64,000 nt of DNA, from positions 39,060,001 through 39,124,000 of the forward strand of contig OZ024749.1 in the NCBI GenBank assembly GCA_964016885.1, given 5' to 3'. The notes under the pieces were generated by a model. That model was not told the origin of the DNA. It worked only from the letters and a program-made list of their open reading frames with translations, and ran no database searches. Of the stretch, positions 1 to 12,449 are shown piece after piece (positions within the stretch are counted from its first letter, which is position 1; each line of letters opens with the position of its first letter). The DNA comes from Eledone cirrhosa. Lineage: Eukaryota. Both the position numbers and the translations under genes were made by a program.

Positions 1-420
1 ACAACTACTATTACTACCACCACAACCACTATTACTACCATCATCACTACTACTACCACAACTACTATTACTATCATCATCACTACTACTACCACAACTA
101 CTATTACTACCATCATCACTACTACCACCACAACCACTATTACTACCATCATCACTACTACTACCACAACTACTATTACTACCACAACCACTATTACCAC
201 CACAACTACTATTACTACCATCATCACTACTACCACCACAACTACTATTACCACCACAACTACTATTACCACCATCATCACTACTACCACCACAACCACT
301 ATTACTACCACAACCACTATTACCACCATAACCACCATGATCTCTACTACCACCACAACCACCACAACCACCATCATTACCATCATTATGTTCACTATCA
401 ACACCACCACCACCATAATA
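1..420. repeat. Degenerate (ACT/ACC/ATC)n trinucleotide low-complexity tract
   Basis: Reiterated ccacaactactattactaccatcatcacta blocks; truncated by the window edge. Confidence 0.9.
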
Positions 421-717
421 TATCACGCCCCCATGTTTCCATTACTCTTTCCTCAGCTGATACTATCTGTTGGTCACAACTCTTGGCAGAAGTGTCACCA
501 TTTTCAAGTAATATACGGTGGAATTTGAACCCAGAACGCACAAATCCCCACCCACTCTATTCTGAGTCATTAAAAATTACAGTAACACCCTGCTCCCTCT
601 GTCCCTGGATTTTATTTATCGACCTCACAAAGGATGAGAGGTAAAGTTGATCTCAGCAAGATTAGAACTTAGATCTCAGTGATCTGGAATAAATACCGAG
701 GTATTTAGTCCAATGCC

Positions 718-924
718 TTAACCCTTTAGTGTTCAAACTGGCCCAAACTGGCCAGAATTCTCTACCTCTTTCTGTTGAAACTGGCTGTAACTGGTCGCTC
801 AAATTGATGTTAAGGTATTGTTCTCAAAATAAATACTTTCAAAAATTCGATATTATGTGAGATAAAGCCTTTACCATGAAAATATAATAGTATATATAAA
901 GTAATGTGAATGCTAAAGGGTTAA
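718..924 (+). mobile_element. TTAA-flanked (piggyBac-type) MITE, family A
   Basis: TTAA 718-721, CCCTTTAG...CTAAAGGG termini (722-920), TTAA 921-924; homologous copies at 35089 and 51423. Confidence 0.85.
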
Positions 925-1149
925 CAACTCTACCACTTCATAACCTACAGTTATATATAGAGCAAGTATAGTTCAAAAAGAATGTTCTCCCCCCCACCCC
1001 CAGGGTGTGTCTACAGAATGGCTAACAATACAGGTTAAGAGTTGGTGTCGAAATTTGTGTAAGAAATGAAGTTAAAAATAGCCACAGTAGTTAATCACTT
1101 GACTAATTAGATCATATGCTTTCCTAATTAGATCATTAACTCATCACTG

Positions 1150-1360
1150 ATATCACCGATAGTAGATTGTCAGACAACATGCTTTGTGGCATAGAGTTAC
1201 GTCCCTTTAAGCTCTAGTTCAAATCCTACAAAGGTTAGCGTTGTCTTTCATCCTTATGGAGTTGATAAAATAAAGTACCAGTAATACACTGGGGTTGATG
1301 TAATTGACTTTCCCCTCCCCTTTAAATTGCTGGCCTTGTGCTTAATGTAGAAACAGTTAT
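1150..1360 (+). mobile_element. SINE family 1 (tRNA-like head, GCCTTTCATCCTT..GGGGTCGATAAAATAAAGTACCAG core)
   Basis: Same core recurs at about 2349, 9915, 36465, 41503(-), 54555-55235, 57578, 60260 and 63022-63412. Confidence 0.8.
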
Positions 1361-1746
1361 TTTACTGGTGTTTTGCTATTCTAGTGTACTAGCTTTACTA
1401 TCACCTATGGCAATGATGTGTCTTGGGCTGCATTGAGGGAGTTTGGCTATTCTTGAGCAAGACACTTTATTTTATGTTGCTGCAGTTTACTCGGCTGTAG
1501 AAATGAGTTATATCATCACTGGTACTGAATTGTATTGGCCATTGCCTTTCCCTTAAACAACATCGGTGGCATGCAGAGAGGAGACTGGTATTCATGGGTG
1601 ACTGCTGGTTTTTCAAAAACAACCTTGCCCAAACTTATACTTCAGAAGGGGAACTTTCTTGACACAAATCCCATGGTCATTCGTGACTGAAGTTCTTTAC
1701 CTTTACCCTTACTTATATATATATACTTACTGTATATATACTAGCT

Positions 1747-2025
1747 GTATGGGAGCCTCCCAAAACTCAGATCAAAAGTGACACAGAGGAGACTGAGGTT
1801 AGCTGGACATGCTCACCGACATCCAGAGTTGACATTGCACTCAGTGCTCCTGTGGGAGCCCCTACATGGACACACTGGACGAGGAAGACCAAGGTTAACG
1901 TATGTTGATGCCCTAAGGACAGACACTGGTCTGTTGGAGATGCAGGACATGGCAGCGATAATGAGGGACAGAGACCGCTGGAGAGAACTCGTCCATGGAT
2001 CTCAGGAATTTTAGCCGCCCTAGAA
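1747..2025 (+). mobile_element. RTE-clade LINE 3' fragment (ORF2 C-terminus)
   Basis: [40 protein letters not shown] is the typical RTE C-terminal signature; near-identical 3' end at 32160-32238. Confidence 0.85.
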
Positions 2026-2442
2026 AATACTTACTGAATTAAAGGTCAATAAAATTATGTAATCATCATCATCATATATATGCATACGTACATATCATGA
2101 TGATTATATATATATATATTATACTTTATATACATACTGAATTAAAGGTCTGTAAAACAGCTAAGCTTCTCCAAACTTTTTAGACAACCGAGCCTTACAT
2201 GGAATCCTTAAACCCTCCATCAATCTCAACCATATACAAAAATAAATAAATTCTGTCAACAGAATAATAAATATAATAGCCAATAAAAGCTAGTTATATA
2301 TAAACCAAAAACCTATATAAATAAGTTGTGTTTTTATTATTTTATGTATTCGGGGTCGATAAAATAAAGTACCAGTAATGTACTGAGTAATTTCTGGCCT
2401 TGTGCCAAATGTCAGATTTTGGCCTCAACATTCTATCAACAC

Positions 2443-5185
2443 CCTGGATAGTCATATTGAATGTTGGGTAGATCCATTGCCCCCTGGGAAGGGTTGTCAA
2501 TCCAAGGGTAGTACCATTGACTCCTGGGAAATGTTATCTATACCTGGGTAATACCTTTAACCTATGGGTAGCACCATTGACCCCTAGGTAGTGTCATCTA
2601 CCTTTGGGTAGTACTATTGACCTCTAGGTAGTGTCATCTACCCTTGGGTAGTACCCTTGACTCCTAAGTAGTGTCATCTACCCTTGAGTAGTATCATTGA
2701 CCCCTGGTAAGTGTCATCTATTCCTGGGTAGTATCATTGACCCCTGGTAAGAGTCATCTATTCCTGGGTAGTATCATTGACCCCTGGTAAGAGTCATCTA
2801 TTGCTGGGTAGTATCATTGACCCCTGGTAAGAGTCATCTATTCCTGGGTAGTATCATTGACCCTGGTAAGTGTCATCTATTCCTGGGTAGTATCATTGAC
2901 CCCTGGTAAGTGTCATCTATCCTGTGGTAGTATCATTGACCCCTGGTAAGTGTCATCTATTCCTGGGTAGTATCATTGACCCCTGGTAAGTGTCATCTAT
3001 TCCTGGGTAGTATCATTGACCCCTGGTAAGTGTCATCTATTCCTGGGTAGTATCATTGACCCCTGGTAAGAGTCATCTATTCCTGGGTAGTATCATTGAC
3101 CCTGGTAAGTGTCATCTATTCCTGGGTAGTATCATTGACCCCTGGTAAGTGTCATCTATTCCTGGGTAGTATCATTGACCCCTGGTAAGTGTCATCTATT
3201 CCTGGGTAGTATCATTGACCCCTGGTAAGTGTCATCTATTCCTGGGTAGTATCATTGACCCCTGGTAAGTGTCATCTATTCCTGGGTAGTATCATTGACC
3301 CCTGGTAAGTGTCATCTATTCCTGGGTAGTATCATTGACCCCTGGTAAGTGTCATCTATTCCTGGGTAGTATCATTGACCCCTGGTAAGTGTCATCTATT
3401 CCTGGGTAGTATCATTGACCCTGGTAAGAGTCATCTATTCCTGGGTAGTATCATTGACCCCTGGTAAGTGTCATCTATTCCTGGGTAGTATCATTGACCC
3501 CTGGTAAGTGTCATCTATTCCTGGGTAGTATCATTGACCCCTGGTAAGTGTCATCTATTCCTGGGTAGTATCATTGACCCCTGGTAAGTGTCATCTATTC
3601 CTGGGTAGTATCATTGACCCCTGGTAAGAGTCATCTATCCTGTGGTAGTATCATTGACCCCTGGTAAGAGTCATCTATCCTGTGGTAGTATCATTGACCC
3701 CTGGTAAGTGTCATCTATTCCTGGGTAGTATCATTGACCCCTGGTAAGAGTCATCTATTCCTGGGTAGTATCATTGACCCCTGGTAAGAGTCATCTATTC
3801 CTGGGTAGTATCATTGACCCCTGGTAAGTGTCATCTATTCCTGGGTAGTATCATTGACCCCTGGTAAGAGTCATCTATCCTGTGGTAGTATCATTGACCC
3901 CTGGTAAGAGTCATCTATCCTGTGGTAGTATCATTGACCCCTGGTAAGTGTCATCTATTCCTGGGTAGTATCATTGACCCCTGGTAAGTGTCATCTATTC
4001 CTGGGTAGTATCATTGACCCCTGGTAAGAGTCATCTATCCTGTGGTAGTATCATTGACCCCTGGTAAGAGTCATCTATTCCTGGGTAGTATCATTGACCC
4101 CTGGTAAGTGTCATCTATTCCTGGGTAGTATCATTGACCCCTGGTAAGTGTCATCTATTCCTGGGTAGTATCATTGACCCCTGGTAAGTGTCATCTATTC
4201 CTGGGTAGTATCATTGACCCCTGGTAAGTGTCATCTATTCCTGGGTAGTATCATTGACCCCTGGTAAGTGTCATCTATTCCTGGGTAGTATCATTGACCC
4301 CTGGTAAGAGTCATCTATTCCTGGGTAGTATCATTGACCCCTGGTAAGTGTCATCTATTCCTGGGTAGTATCATTGACCCCTGGTAAGAGTCATCTATTC
4401 CTGGGTAGTATCATTGACCCCTGGTAAGTGTCATCTATTCCTGGGTAGTATCATTGACCCCTGGTAAGTGTCATCTACCCTTGGGTAGTATCATTGACCC
4501 CTGGTAAGAGTCATCTATTCCTGGGTAGTATCATTGACCCCTGGTAAGAGTCATCTATCCTGTGGTAGTATCATTGACCCCTGGTAAGAGTCATCTATTC
4601 CTGGGTAGTATCATTGACCCCTGGTAAGTGTCATCTATTCCTGGGTAGTATCATTGACCCCTGGTAAGTGTCATCTATTCCTGGGTAGTATCATTGACCC
4701 CTGGTAAGTGTCATCTATTCCTGGGTAGTATCATTGACCCCTGGTAAGTGTCATCTATTCCTGGGTAGTAACATTGACCCCTGGTAAGTGTCATCTATTC
4801 CTGTGATAGTATCATTGACCCCTGGTAAGTGTCATCTACCCTTGGGTAGTATCATTGACCCCTGGTAAGTGTCATCTATCCCTGGTAAGTGTCATCTATC
4901 CTGTGGTAGTATCATTGACCCCTGGTAAGTGTCATCTATCCCTGGTAAGTGTCATCTACCCTTGGGTAGTATCATCTATCCCTGGTAAGTGTCATCTATT
5001 CCTGGGTAGTATCATCTATCCCTGGTAAGTGTCATCTATTCCTGGGTAGTATCATCTATCCCTGGTAAGTGTCATCTATTCCTGGGTAGTATCATCTATC
5101 CCTGGTAAGTGTCATCTATCCCTGGTAAGTGTCATCTACCCCTGGGTAGTATCATCTATCCCTGGTAAGTGTCATCTATTCCTGG
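2443..5185. repeat. 40-bp minisatellite (dimer of two related 20-mers), about 65-68 units
   Basis: Unit ccctggtaagtgtcatctat+tcctgggtagtatcattgac; diverged 20-mers at both edges. Confidence 0.97.
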
Positions 5186-5759
5186 TTTTCAGTTCAGTTT
5201 CAAACGAATATAAATATCTTCCTATGAATAAAAGGCAAATTTTAAAAATCCAATCTGTTTTGCAATTTTGGCATTTTAAATCTTCAAATTGCAAGTAAGA
5301 TATGTAAAAAATGTAATAAATGTATTTAGACAATGTATGTGATTGTTAAAAACATTAGCGTTGTTTGTTTTTTTATAAAATCTAGAGTTTGATAGGAAAT
5401 GTGGTATTTATTGAAATGTTTAGTGAATGATGTGGATGGCTACAGTTAATTAATTTATTAGTCAATTACAACTGGGAATGACAAAGGATGTCTTTCTTCA
5501 TCATTAATATAACTGGTATGAGAATGGACTCAACATTGTAAGTGTAAATAATATTCACTCTATCAATCACAAATATATATATATATCTTCCTATGAAGAT
5601 ATATATATTTAAATAATTTTGATATATATATCTTCCTATATTTAAATAATTTTGAAAACCAAACAATGCATAAGGATATATATATAATGTTTGTTTTTTC
5701 AAAATTATTTAAATTTGTGTTTCCTATTCAACAATGCTTCAAGCAAGGCACAAAACTCT

Positions 5760-5831
<72 letters not shown>

Positions 5832-5893
5832 GAGAGAAGAAACATTTAGATATAATTAGTAATAAAATGTATCATACCTAAACTGTTCCTAGA

Positions 5894-5984
5894 TTCCTCG
5901 ACTACGTAGTTTCGTGGCATAAACAAAAACAATACATCATAAAGATATAGAGTCCCTGCGAGGTCTGCCGACTTATCAAGAGGA
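5894..5984 (-). ncRNA. Degenerate type I hammerhead ribozyme (Penelope-like element terminus)
   Basis: Minus strand: tcctc-TTGATAA-gtcggca...tgccac-GAAAC-tacgta-GTC-gagga; stems I and II pair, stem III is a short palindrome, core CUGANGA is mutated. Confidence 0.55.
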
Positions 5985-6538
5985 TACCTCATTTTACTAG
6001 TCTCAAGAACGCATCCACACGACGTGAGAAAGAATCCCAAAAGGCGGAGGGGGAGATAGTCACGCGATATAACGGTCGAGAAACAGAGCTAAGCCTCTTA
6101 TAACCCCGAAGAAAATATATATGTATTTATATCAGGGGCGAAGATGCGTGCATGCATTATAGAATCTTGAGTTGATCTATTGCATCGGTTGAAGCAAGTA
6201 GAATTTTGGCTGTTTACTCGAACGTATAGACACAAAAAAAGATAATACACACACACATACACACACACACACAAACACACGACAGCTTTGGGGCAAGCAG
6301 AATTTTAGCTGCTTACTAAATCGTAGACACATAAAAAGATAACACACACACACACTAGATAACACTACATGCGGATTTGACCGGGAGGGTCATTTAGAGG
6401 GAATTGGGTGGGGTGGGGGTGAGGGGGTAAGTCTGCACAGCCCCACTTTCCGCCATGGCGATTGGACTGCATACCCTGCTTTCCAGGTTACCCTTCGCTA
6501 CTGATATATATATATGTGTATGTGTGTGTGTGAGTATA

Positions 6539-6579
<41 letters not shown>

Positions 6580-6582
<3 letters not shown>

Positions 6583-6790
6583 TTCAACAAGAAATTAGCA
6601 AACCATACTCGAAGATGCACATTTCCCCCAGTTGATTTTCAACCGGAGTGAGGTTGAAAATCCGCTTCATGAAACCCACGTCCCCGAGTATGGTTTGCTA
6701 ATTTCTTGTGGAACTAACTCTATACCATGCTCATCCTCCAGACTGAGTACTCTACTAACTACAGATATAACCTCCAGGTTTTTTACAACT
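6580..6790 (+). mobile_element. Hairpin-headed element in (TA)n, probable Penelope-like terminus
   Basis: 30-bp inverted arms 6582-6611/6685-6714, inner stem gattttcaacc/ggttgaaaatc, followed by actcta..tgagtactct motif shared with copies at 7345, 15018 and 52630. Confidence 0.5.
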
Positions 6791-6801
6791 ATATATATAG
6801 G

Positions 6802-6858
<57 letters not shown>

Positions 6859-6903
6859 GTATATATATATGTGTGTGTATATATATGTGTGTCTGTTATT
6901 TTA

Positions 6904-6941
<38 letters not shown>

Positions 6942-6943
<2 letters not shown>

Positions 6944-7330
6944 TCATCATCACCGTTTTACGTCCATTCTTCCGCACTAGCATGGGTTAGACGGGTTGTC
7001 CTGTTGTGGGCAGTGTCCGGTCGGCTGACCTTGTCTTGCTTATACGGGAACTGATTCTGGTTCGATTTCTACAGCTGGATGCCCTTCGTAACACCAACCT
7101 CATTTACAGTGAGTGCTGGGTGCTTTTTTGCCATGGCACCTCCACGACCACTTTGCAGTGGAAATATAGGGACCCCAGTCCCTATCATCTCATTTCTACA
7201 GCTGAGTAAGCTGGAGCAATGTGAAATAAAGTGTCTTGCTCAAGGAAACAACACATCACCCGGTCCGAGAATTGAACTCACAGCCTTTCGATTGCAAGCT
7301 CAATGCTCTAACCACTAAGCCATGTGCCTA
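6942..7330 (-). mobile_element. SINE family 2, near full length (tRNA-like head, CORE-like box, (GAT)n tail)
   Basis: Reverse complement of 59228-59606; head ggcacatggcttagtggttagagc..gagttcaattc, box ccttgagcaagacactttatttcac. Confidence 0.85.
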
Positions 7331-7344
7331 TATATATATATATA

Positions 7345-7510
7345 CCAGATAAGGTGTGATAAAAACCAGGTAGATCATAAGCCACCAGAGTACTCAATAT
7401 TTGGAGTAGTAGAGTGGGTAATATGATAAGATTCAGGATCCCGATGGCTGAGCTCCAGCCGTTTCGACAGCCAGATCCGAACTGTCGAAATGGCCAAAGC
7501 TCAGCCATAC
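7345..7510 (-). mobile_element. Hairpin-headed element, second copy
   Basis: Inverted arms atggctgagct..tttcgacag / ctgtcgaaa..agctcagccat; flank accagagtactcaata..gtagtagagtgggtaata shared with 52630-52730; arm also seen at 63960-64000. Confidence 0.5.
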
Positions 7511-7721
7511 TGGCCTACACTTCACAACACTTCTATCTTGACCGCTAGCCACGTGATGTTTTTCACCCCTTTTGAATTCGTTACTAACGGCGATCAATTT
7601 GGAAATTTCGGTTCTAACTGAGGGAGTCTTTTGAAAAGCTCTGAGCCTCATGGATAATGCAACGATTAGACATTTCCACAATGTACGAGCAAAACTATCG
7701 ATAGTCAAAACTGGGAGAATT

Positions 7722-8420
7722 TTTGGTAGCATTTATCTATTTTTTCTTCAAAACTTACATTTTAGACTTAGCTCTGTTTAAATGATTATTTGTCTAGTTA
7801 ATACCTATGGACTAAGAGGAAAGATTAGGTAAATTTTATCTGACTGTTCCTCATAAAGGAATATTGGTAACATTTATCTGTTATTTCTTCAAAGTTATAT
7901 TTTAAACTTAGCTCTGTTTAAATGATTATTTGTCTAGTTAATACCTATGGACTAAGAGGAAAGATTAGGTAAATTTTATCTGACTGTTCCTCATAAAGGA
8001 ATATTGGTAACATTTATCTGTTATTTCTTCAAAGTTATATTTTAAACTTAGCTCTGTTTAAATGATTATTTGTCTAGTTAATACCTATGGACTAAGAGGA
8101 AAGATTAGGTAAATTTTATCTGACTGTTCCTCATAAAGGAATATTGGTAACATTTATCTGTTATTTCTTCAAAGTTACATTTTAAACTTAGCTCCCGTTT
8201 AAATGATTATTTGTCTAGTTAATACCTATGGACTAAAAGGAAAGATTAGGTAAATTTTATCTGACTGTTCCTCATAAAGGAATATTGGTAACATTTATCT
8301 GTTATTTCTTCAAAGTTACATTTTAAACTTAGCTCCCGTTTAAATGATTATTTATCTGGTTGATTTCTACAGACTCATAAGAAAAAACTGGATAGATTTT
8401 GTCTGACTGTTCTTCAAACT
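7722..8420. repeat. 140-bp tandem repeat, about 5 units
   Basis: atattggtaacatttatctg recurs at 7861, 8001, 8141 and 8282. Confidence 0.95.
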
Positions 8421-8724
8421 TATAATTTTATATAAGTCTGATTGATAATTATTAACTTAATTCATTCACTCATAGAGCCACTGTTGTTGAAGGTAGCCAC
8501 ACTCATATATGTATCTGTGACTATGTTTAAATATATATATCTCCTTATGACTTTGTTATATATATATGTATGTGTATGTGTGAGTGTGTGTGTATGTGTG
8601 TGTGAGTGTGTGTATATATATATATATATATGTATGTGTGTATATATATATGTGTAAGTGTGTGTGTGTGTGTGTATGTGTGAGTGTGTGTATTTATATA
8701 TATATGTGTGTGTCTCTATCAGTC

Positions 8725-9052
8725 TATCATTTTACGTCCTCTTTTCCCTGCCTGCAAGGGTGGGACGGGAACTGATTCTGGCTTGATTTCTACAGCTGGA
8801 TGCCCTTCCTAATACCAACCTCATTTACAGTGAGTGCTGGGTGCTTTTTTACCATGGCACCTCCATGACCACTTTGCAGTGGAATGATAGGGACCCCAGT
8901 CCCTATCATCTCATTTCTACAGCTGAGGAAACTGGAGCAATGTGAAATAAAGTGTCTTGCTCAAGGAAACAACACATCACCCGGTCTGAGAATTGAACTC
9001 ATAACCTTTCGATTGCAAGGCCAATGCTCTAACCACTAAGCCATGTGCCTCC
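8725..9052 (-). mobile_element. SINE family 2 copy
   Basis: High similarity to 6942-7330. Confidence 0.85.
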
Positions 9053-9138
9053 ATATATATATATATATGTGTGTGTGTATTTCTCTCTATATATATAGAA
9101 ATATATATATACATATATATATATAATCTATATCTATT

Positions 9139-9188
<50 letters not shown>

Positions 9189-9384
9189 CACATCGACAAA
9201 AATATGTGACACCCCCACCACATCCCTGTTAAATCCTGTGTGAACGAACTATTTTGTTATTATTCCCTAACCCAAAATACTTTTCAGTATAGTTGTTTAT
9301 CAACATTTTGTAATTGAAAACTTACAAAATTTCTTTCACTCTTTGTTGTCGCGTTTTCTTTCTGTCCATTGTGTTAAACTATAT

Positions 9385-9760
9385 CTTGGCGGCTTACCTT
9401 ACTGAGGCGTCGGGTGATGCCAGTGAGAGTGCTTGGTTGTTTCAACGCCTTAGCCTCGCCATCACCCGTGGTTATGTTGCGAACGTGTTGACTTGCCTCA
9501 AAGTGTTCCGTTGACCCTCATGATGTGCGGCCGATTGTCGGACTTGGTGGTGAATTGATTGATGGTCGTTTTCGTCTCCCTTTAGCAATGGAGACTTCTG
9601 GTGTCGTTGGCCCTAGGGCTACCTCCCTACTCACCGCCACAGGTGCTGAGCTGGCCAGCCGCAGGTGTAAGCCTCGCGAGATGGAATGGCTCTTCCAGCA
9701 CATCTCTCTTACTATCCTCCAGGGAAACGCCTTCTTCATTCTGTCCGCCGGGGCTGAGGG
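9385..9760 (+). mobile_element. Two adjacent CRE-like non-LTR retrotransposon fragments (restriction-like endonuclease C-terminus)
   Basis: WLFQRLSLAITRGYVANVL (9385-9514) and FRLPLAMETSGVVGP...WLFQHISLTILQGNAFFIL (9530-9760) match the P.A.ET.G..G / FQR.S.AIQRGNA motif of CRE-type elements. Confidence 0.7.
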
Positions 9761-11154
9761 GCGGCCACCACATGGGACTACATTAGCTCACTATAAAGAG
9801 AGATGAGGGCGATGGCGGTGGGAGTTCGGCCCTTCCGTGTTCGGACACATTGCACCTATCAAGAGTGTATTTTCATACTTGTGAAGAACATTGTAAATTC
9901 CTATGTAAATTTTGAGCCGCCGAGGTTAACTTTGCATTTTATCCTTACGGAATCGATCAAATAAAGTACCAGTAATGCACTGGGGTAATTTCTGGCCTTG
10001 TGCCAAAAGTAGAAACAATTTATATTTGATATATTTTGTGTTATATTAGTGAGGTTCCTAGCAACAATTAATTATATTTTTTTATGTGTTTATATTTTCA
10101 TTCTGTAAAGATTTGTAATGATATTTATTCAAATGTGGATAATAAAAATATCATATAATTAGATTTTAGTAAGCCCCTACCTAATAAATACATTTCTTCC
10201 TTACAATTTTCTTAATAATATACATATTTTAATGAAATTTTACCTGCTGTAGATAAATTACGACAATATTGAGGAATTTTTTTTTTAAAAAGATTGAATA
10301 TTCTTTTAAAATATTTCGATTCTTGTAAATATTTTCGTTTGTTGATTTTAAAAATGTTCATTTATTGAATAATTGTGATTAGGAAATTTGTGCATCTCTT
10401 TTTGTCTACCTTCATGCTTATAATCAATAATATCAATCAGGATAATATTATAGATTTTATAGATGAGGACGGAATGTTATTTCTACAAATATGAATTGCG
10501 AAAAAAGATTTTTATTTTTTTTTATTTTTCTAATTTCATCAGCACATTCATAATCTACACCACCGAAAATATATCTCTGTAACATTTCTTTTAAATATAT
10601 ACATTAGTTAAATAGTTATGAAAAAGAAAATAAAAACAAACATTTATCTCTCAGTTTTTTTCTTTTATCTCGATATTAAGTCACAAACTCTTAATCTCTA
10701 TCCAATATGCCTTTGTTATATTAAACTAATAATATTTATTTCAAATAAAACAATGGCCAAACGGATATATTTTGTAAAGTCAAACATGGGCTGAGTTTAT
10801 TGTTTATGGAGTGACTGGGTCTGTTTCTCAAACGTGGTTCTATAAACAAAGTTTGACAACAAAAAGTCACTGATTACAGGTATAAGCATATTTCTTCTCT
10901 CATGGTGGGTGCAGGCGTTCATTTTTTTTCGATAAAAAAATGACTAATTTTCCGACAATTTTTTGGGGGGGAGGGTGCAGCTGCACCTCCAGTTACACAC
11001 CTGATTACAGGTAACATAAATAAATAATAGAAAATGATTGCAATGAATGTGAACAAGATAGATTATCGTACCCCGTTTCATCCTGATTAAAGAAAGATTT
11101 AGTCTAAGTCCACTTGTCCCTATCTCGTTATCTCAGCAGGGATGTCAGGCATTG

Positions 11155-11285
11155 CTATAGATCAGGGGTTCTCAACCTTTTCTTTTTTTTGCCAACGGCA
11201 CACCTGGCTAAATATATACGAAAAATATTTGAATTTTACAAAATAAAATTTCGCGGTACACTGATTGAGAATCACTGCTATAGAT
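11155..11285. mobile_element. hAT (Charlie-like) MITE with 8-bp TSD
   Basis: ctatagat TSD at 11155-11162 and 11278-11285; termini caggggttctcaacc / gattgagaatcactg. Confidence 0.85.
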
Positions 11286-12449
11286 GGACAGTTGTAGTGA
11301 AAGGGTTGTTGTGTTATCTCGTTAATTCGCTCACATTTTATTTTTAGTTCTGATATTTGAAAGTTTCAAACTATAAATTATTTTCAAGTTGAAAAATAAT
11401 AATAAAATAAATAAACTATTATAGAAATAAAATTAAATAAAAACGTTCGACACGTCAGGCTGCAAATTGTTTTACATGTGACTAATTAGTTTACCTGGCC
11501 ATAACAGCTTACCTGGCCGTTGTAGCCGTGGACGAGAAAACTAGAGAAAATACAACAGTCTTTTTTATAAAAATTTCTGGCGAGGGGGTTATTGCTTTAT
11601 TTACGTAGAATATATAAGATTCTAAAAACAATAAAGGAGTCTTAGCAGCCGAGTCGATGGAGCAACGATGAAAATATAATGATGATAATTTAGGAGTTTT
11701 AAAAAAATACTAACTTGTTATTTGTTGCCTACTTAATTTCTCTCCTTAGCAACAATAACAAGTAGCTGATGTTCATCTCACTGCTTCACCTTTCATTCAT
11801 ATCTTGTTATTTTGTCTAACATCTATTTTCCACGACTGCTTCTCTCTCTTTCTCTCTTAGGTCTCCCCTTACTTTTATTGCTTATTTTTACCTCGGAAAT
11901 AATTGACATTGTTAACATTTGATGCCATTAATCACCCCCTCTCTATCTCTCTGTCTCAATCTCTATATATCTCTCCTGTCCACAACACTACTTGTCCGTT
12001 CGTTTTACTAATCGTTAACAACAAACTTGTTCCAGTCCTCGGCCAGTTTTTATTGATCACTTTCGCTGACTTCATTTGAGAGGTCGAGAAAGAAGAAAAC
12101 AAATCTACCTAAGAATATATAAGTGAAGCTTCAAGAACATTCTGTCTGGGGTTTGTTTAATGTATCACATTTAGTTGATATTAATTAATTTAAGAGGAAG
12201 TTGTAAAGTTTAGTTGCTGTTTTATTCTTCTTCTTCTTCACAGGGGGGAACTTTCGGCTCTCGTTAGTTAAAAATATTTCACTGGTCAGAAATAGTATTG
12301 GTATTTACCTGAGTATCATTAAATAATTGATGAAGAGACTAACAAAAAAGATATTTACAAAAGAAAGAACTATGGTGTTGAAAACGAAACAATTATAACG
12401 AACGAACAGGTGTGTAGAGCAAGCTATATTTACTTCATTCAAGTGAAAG

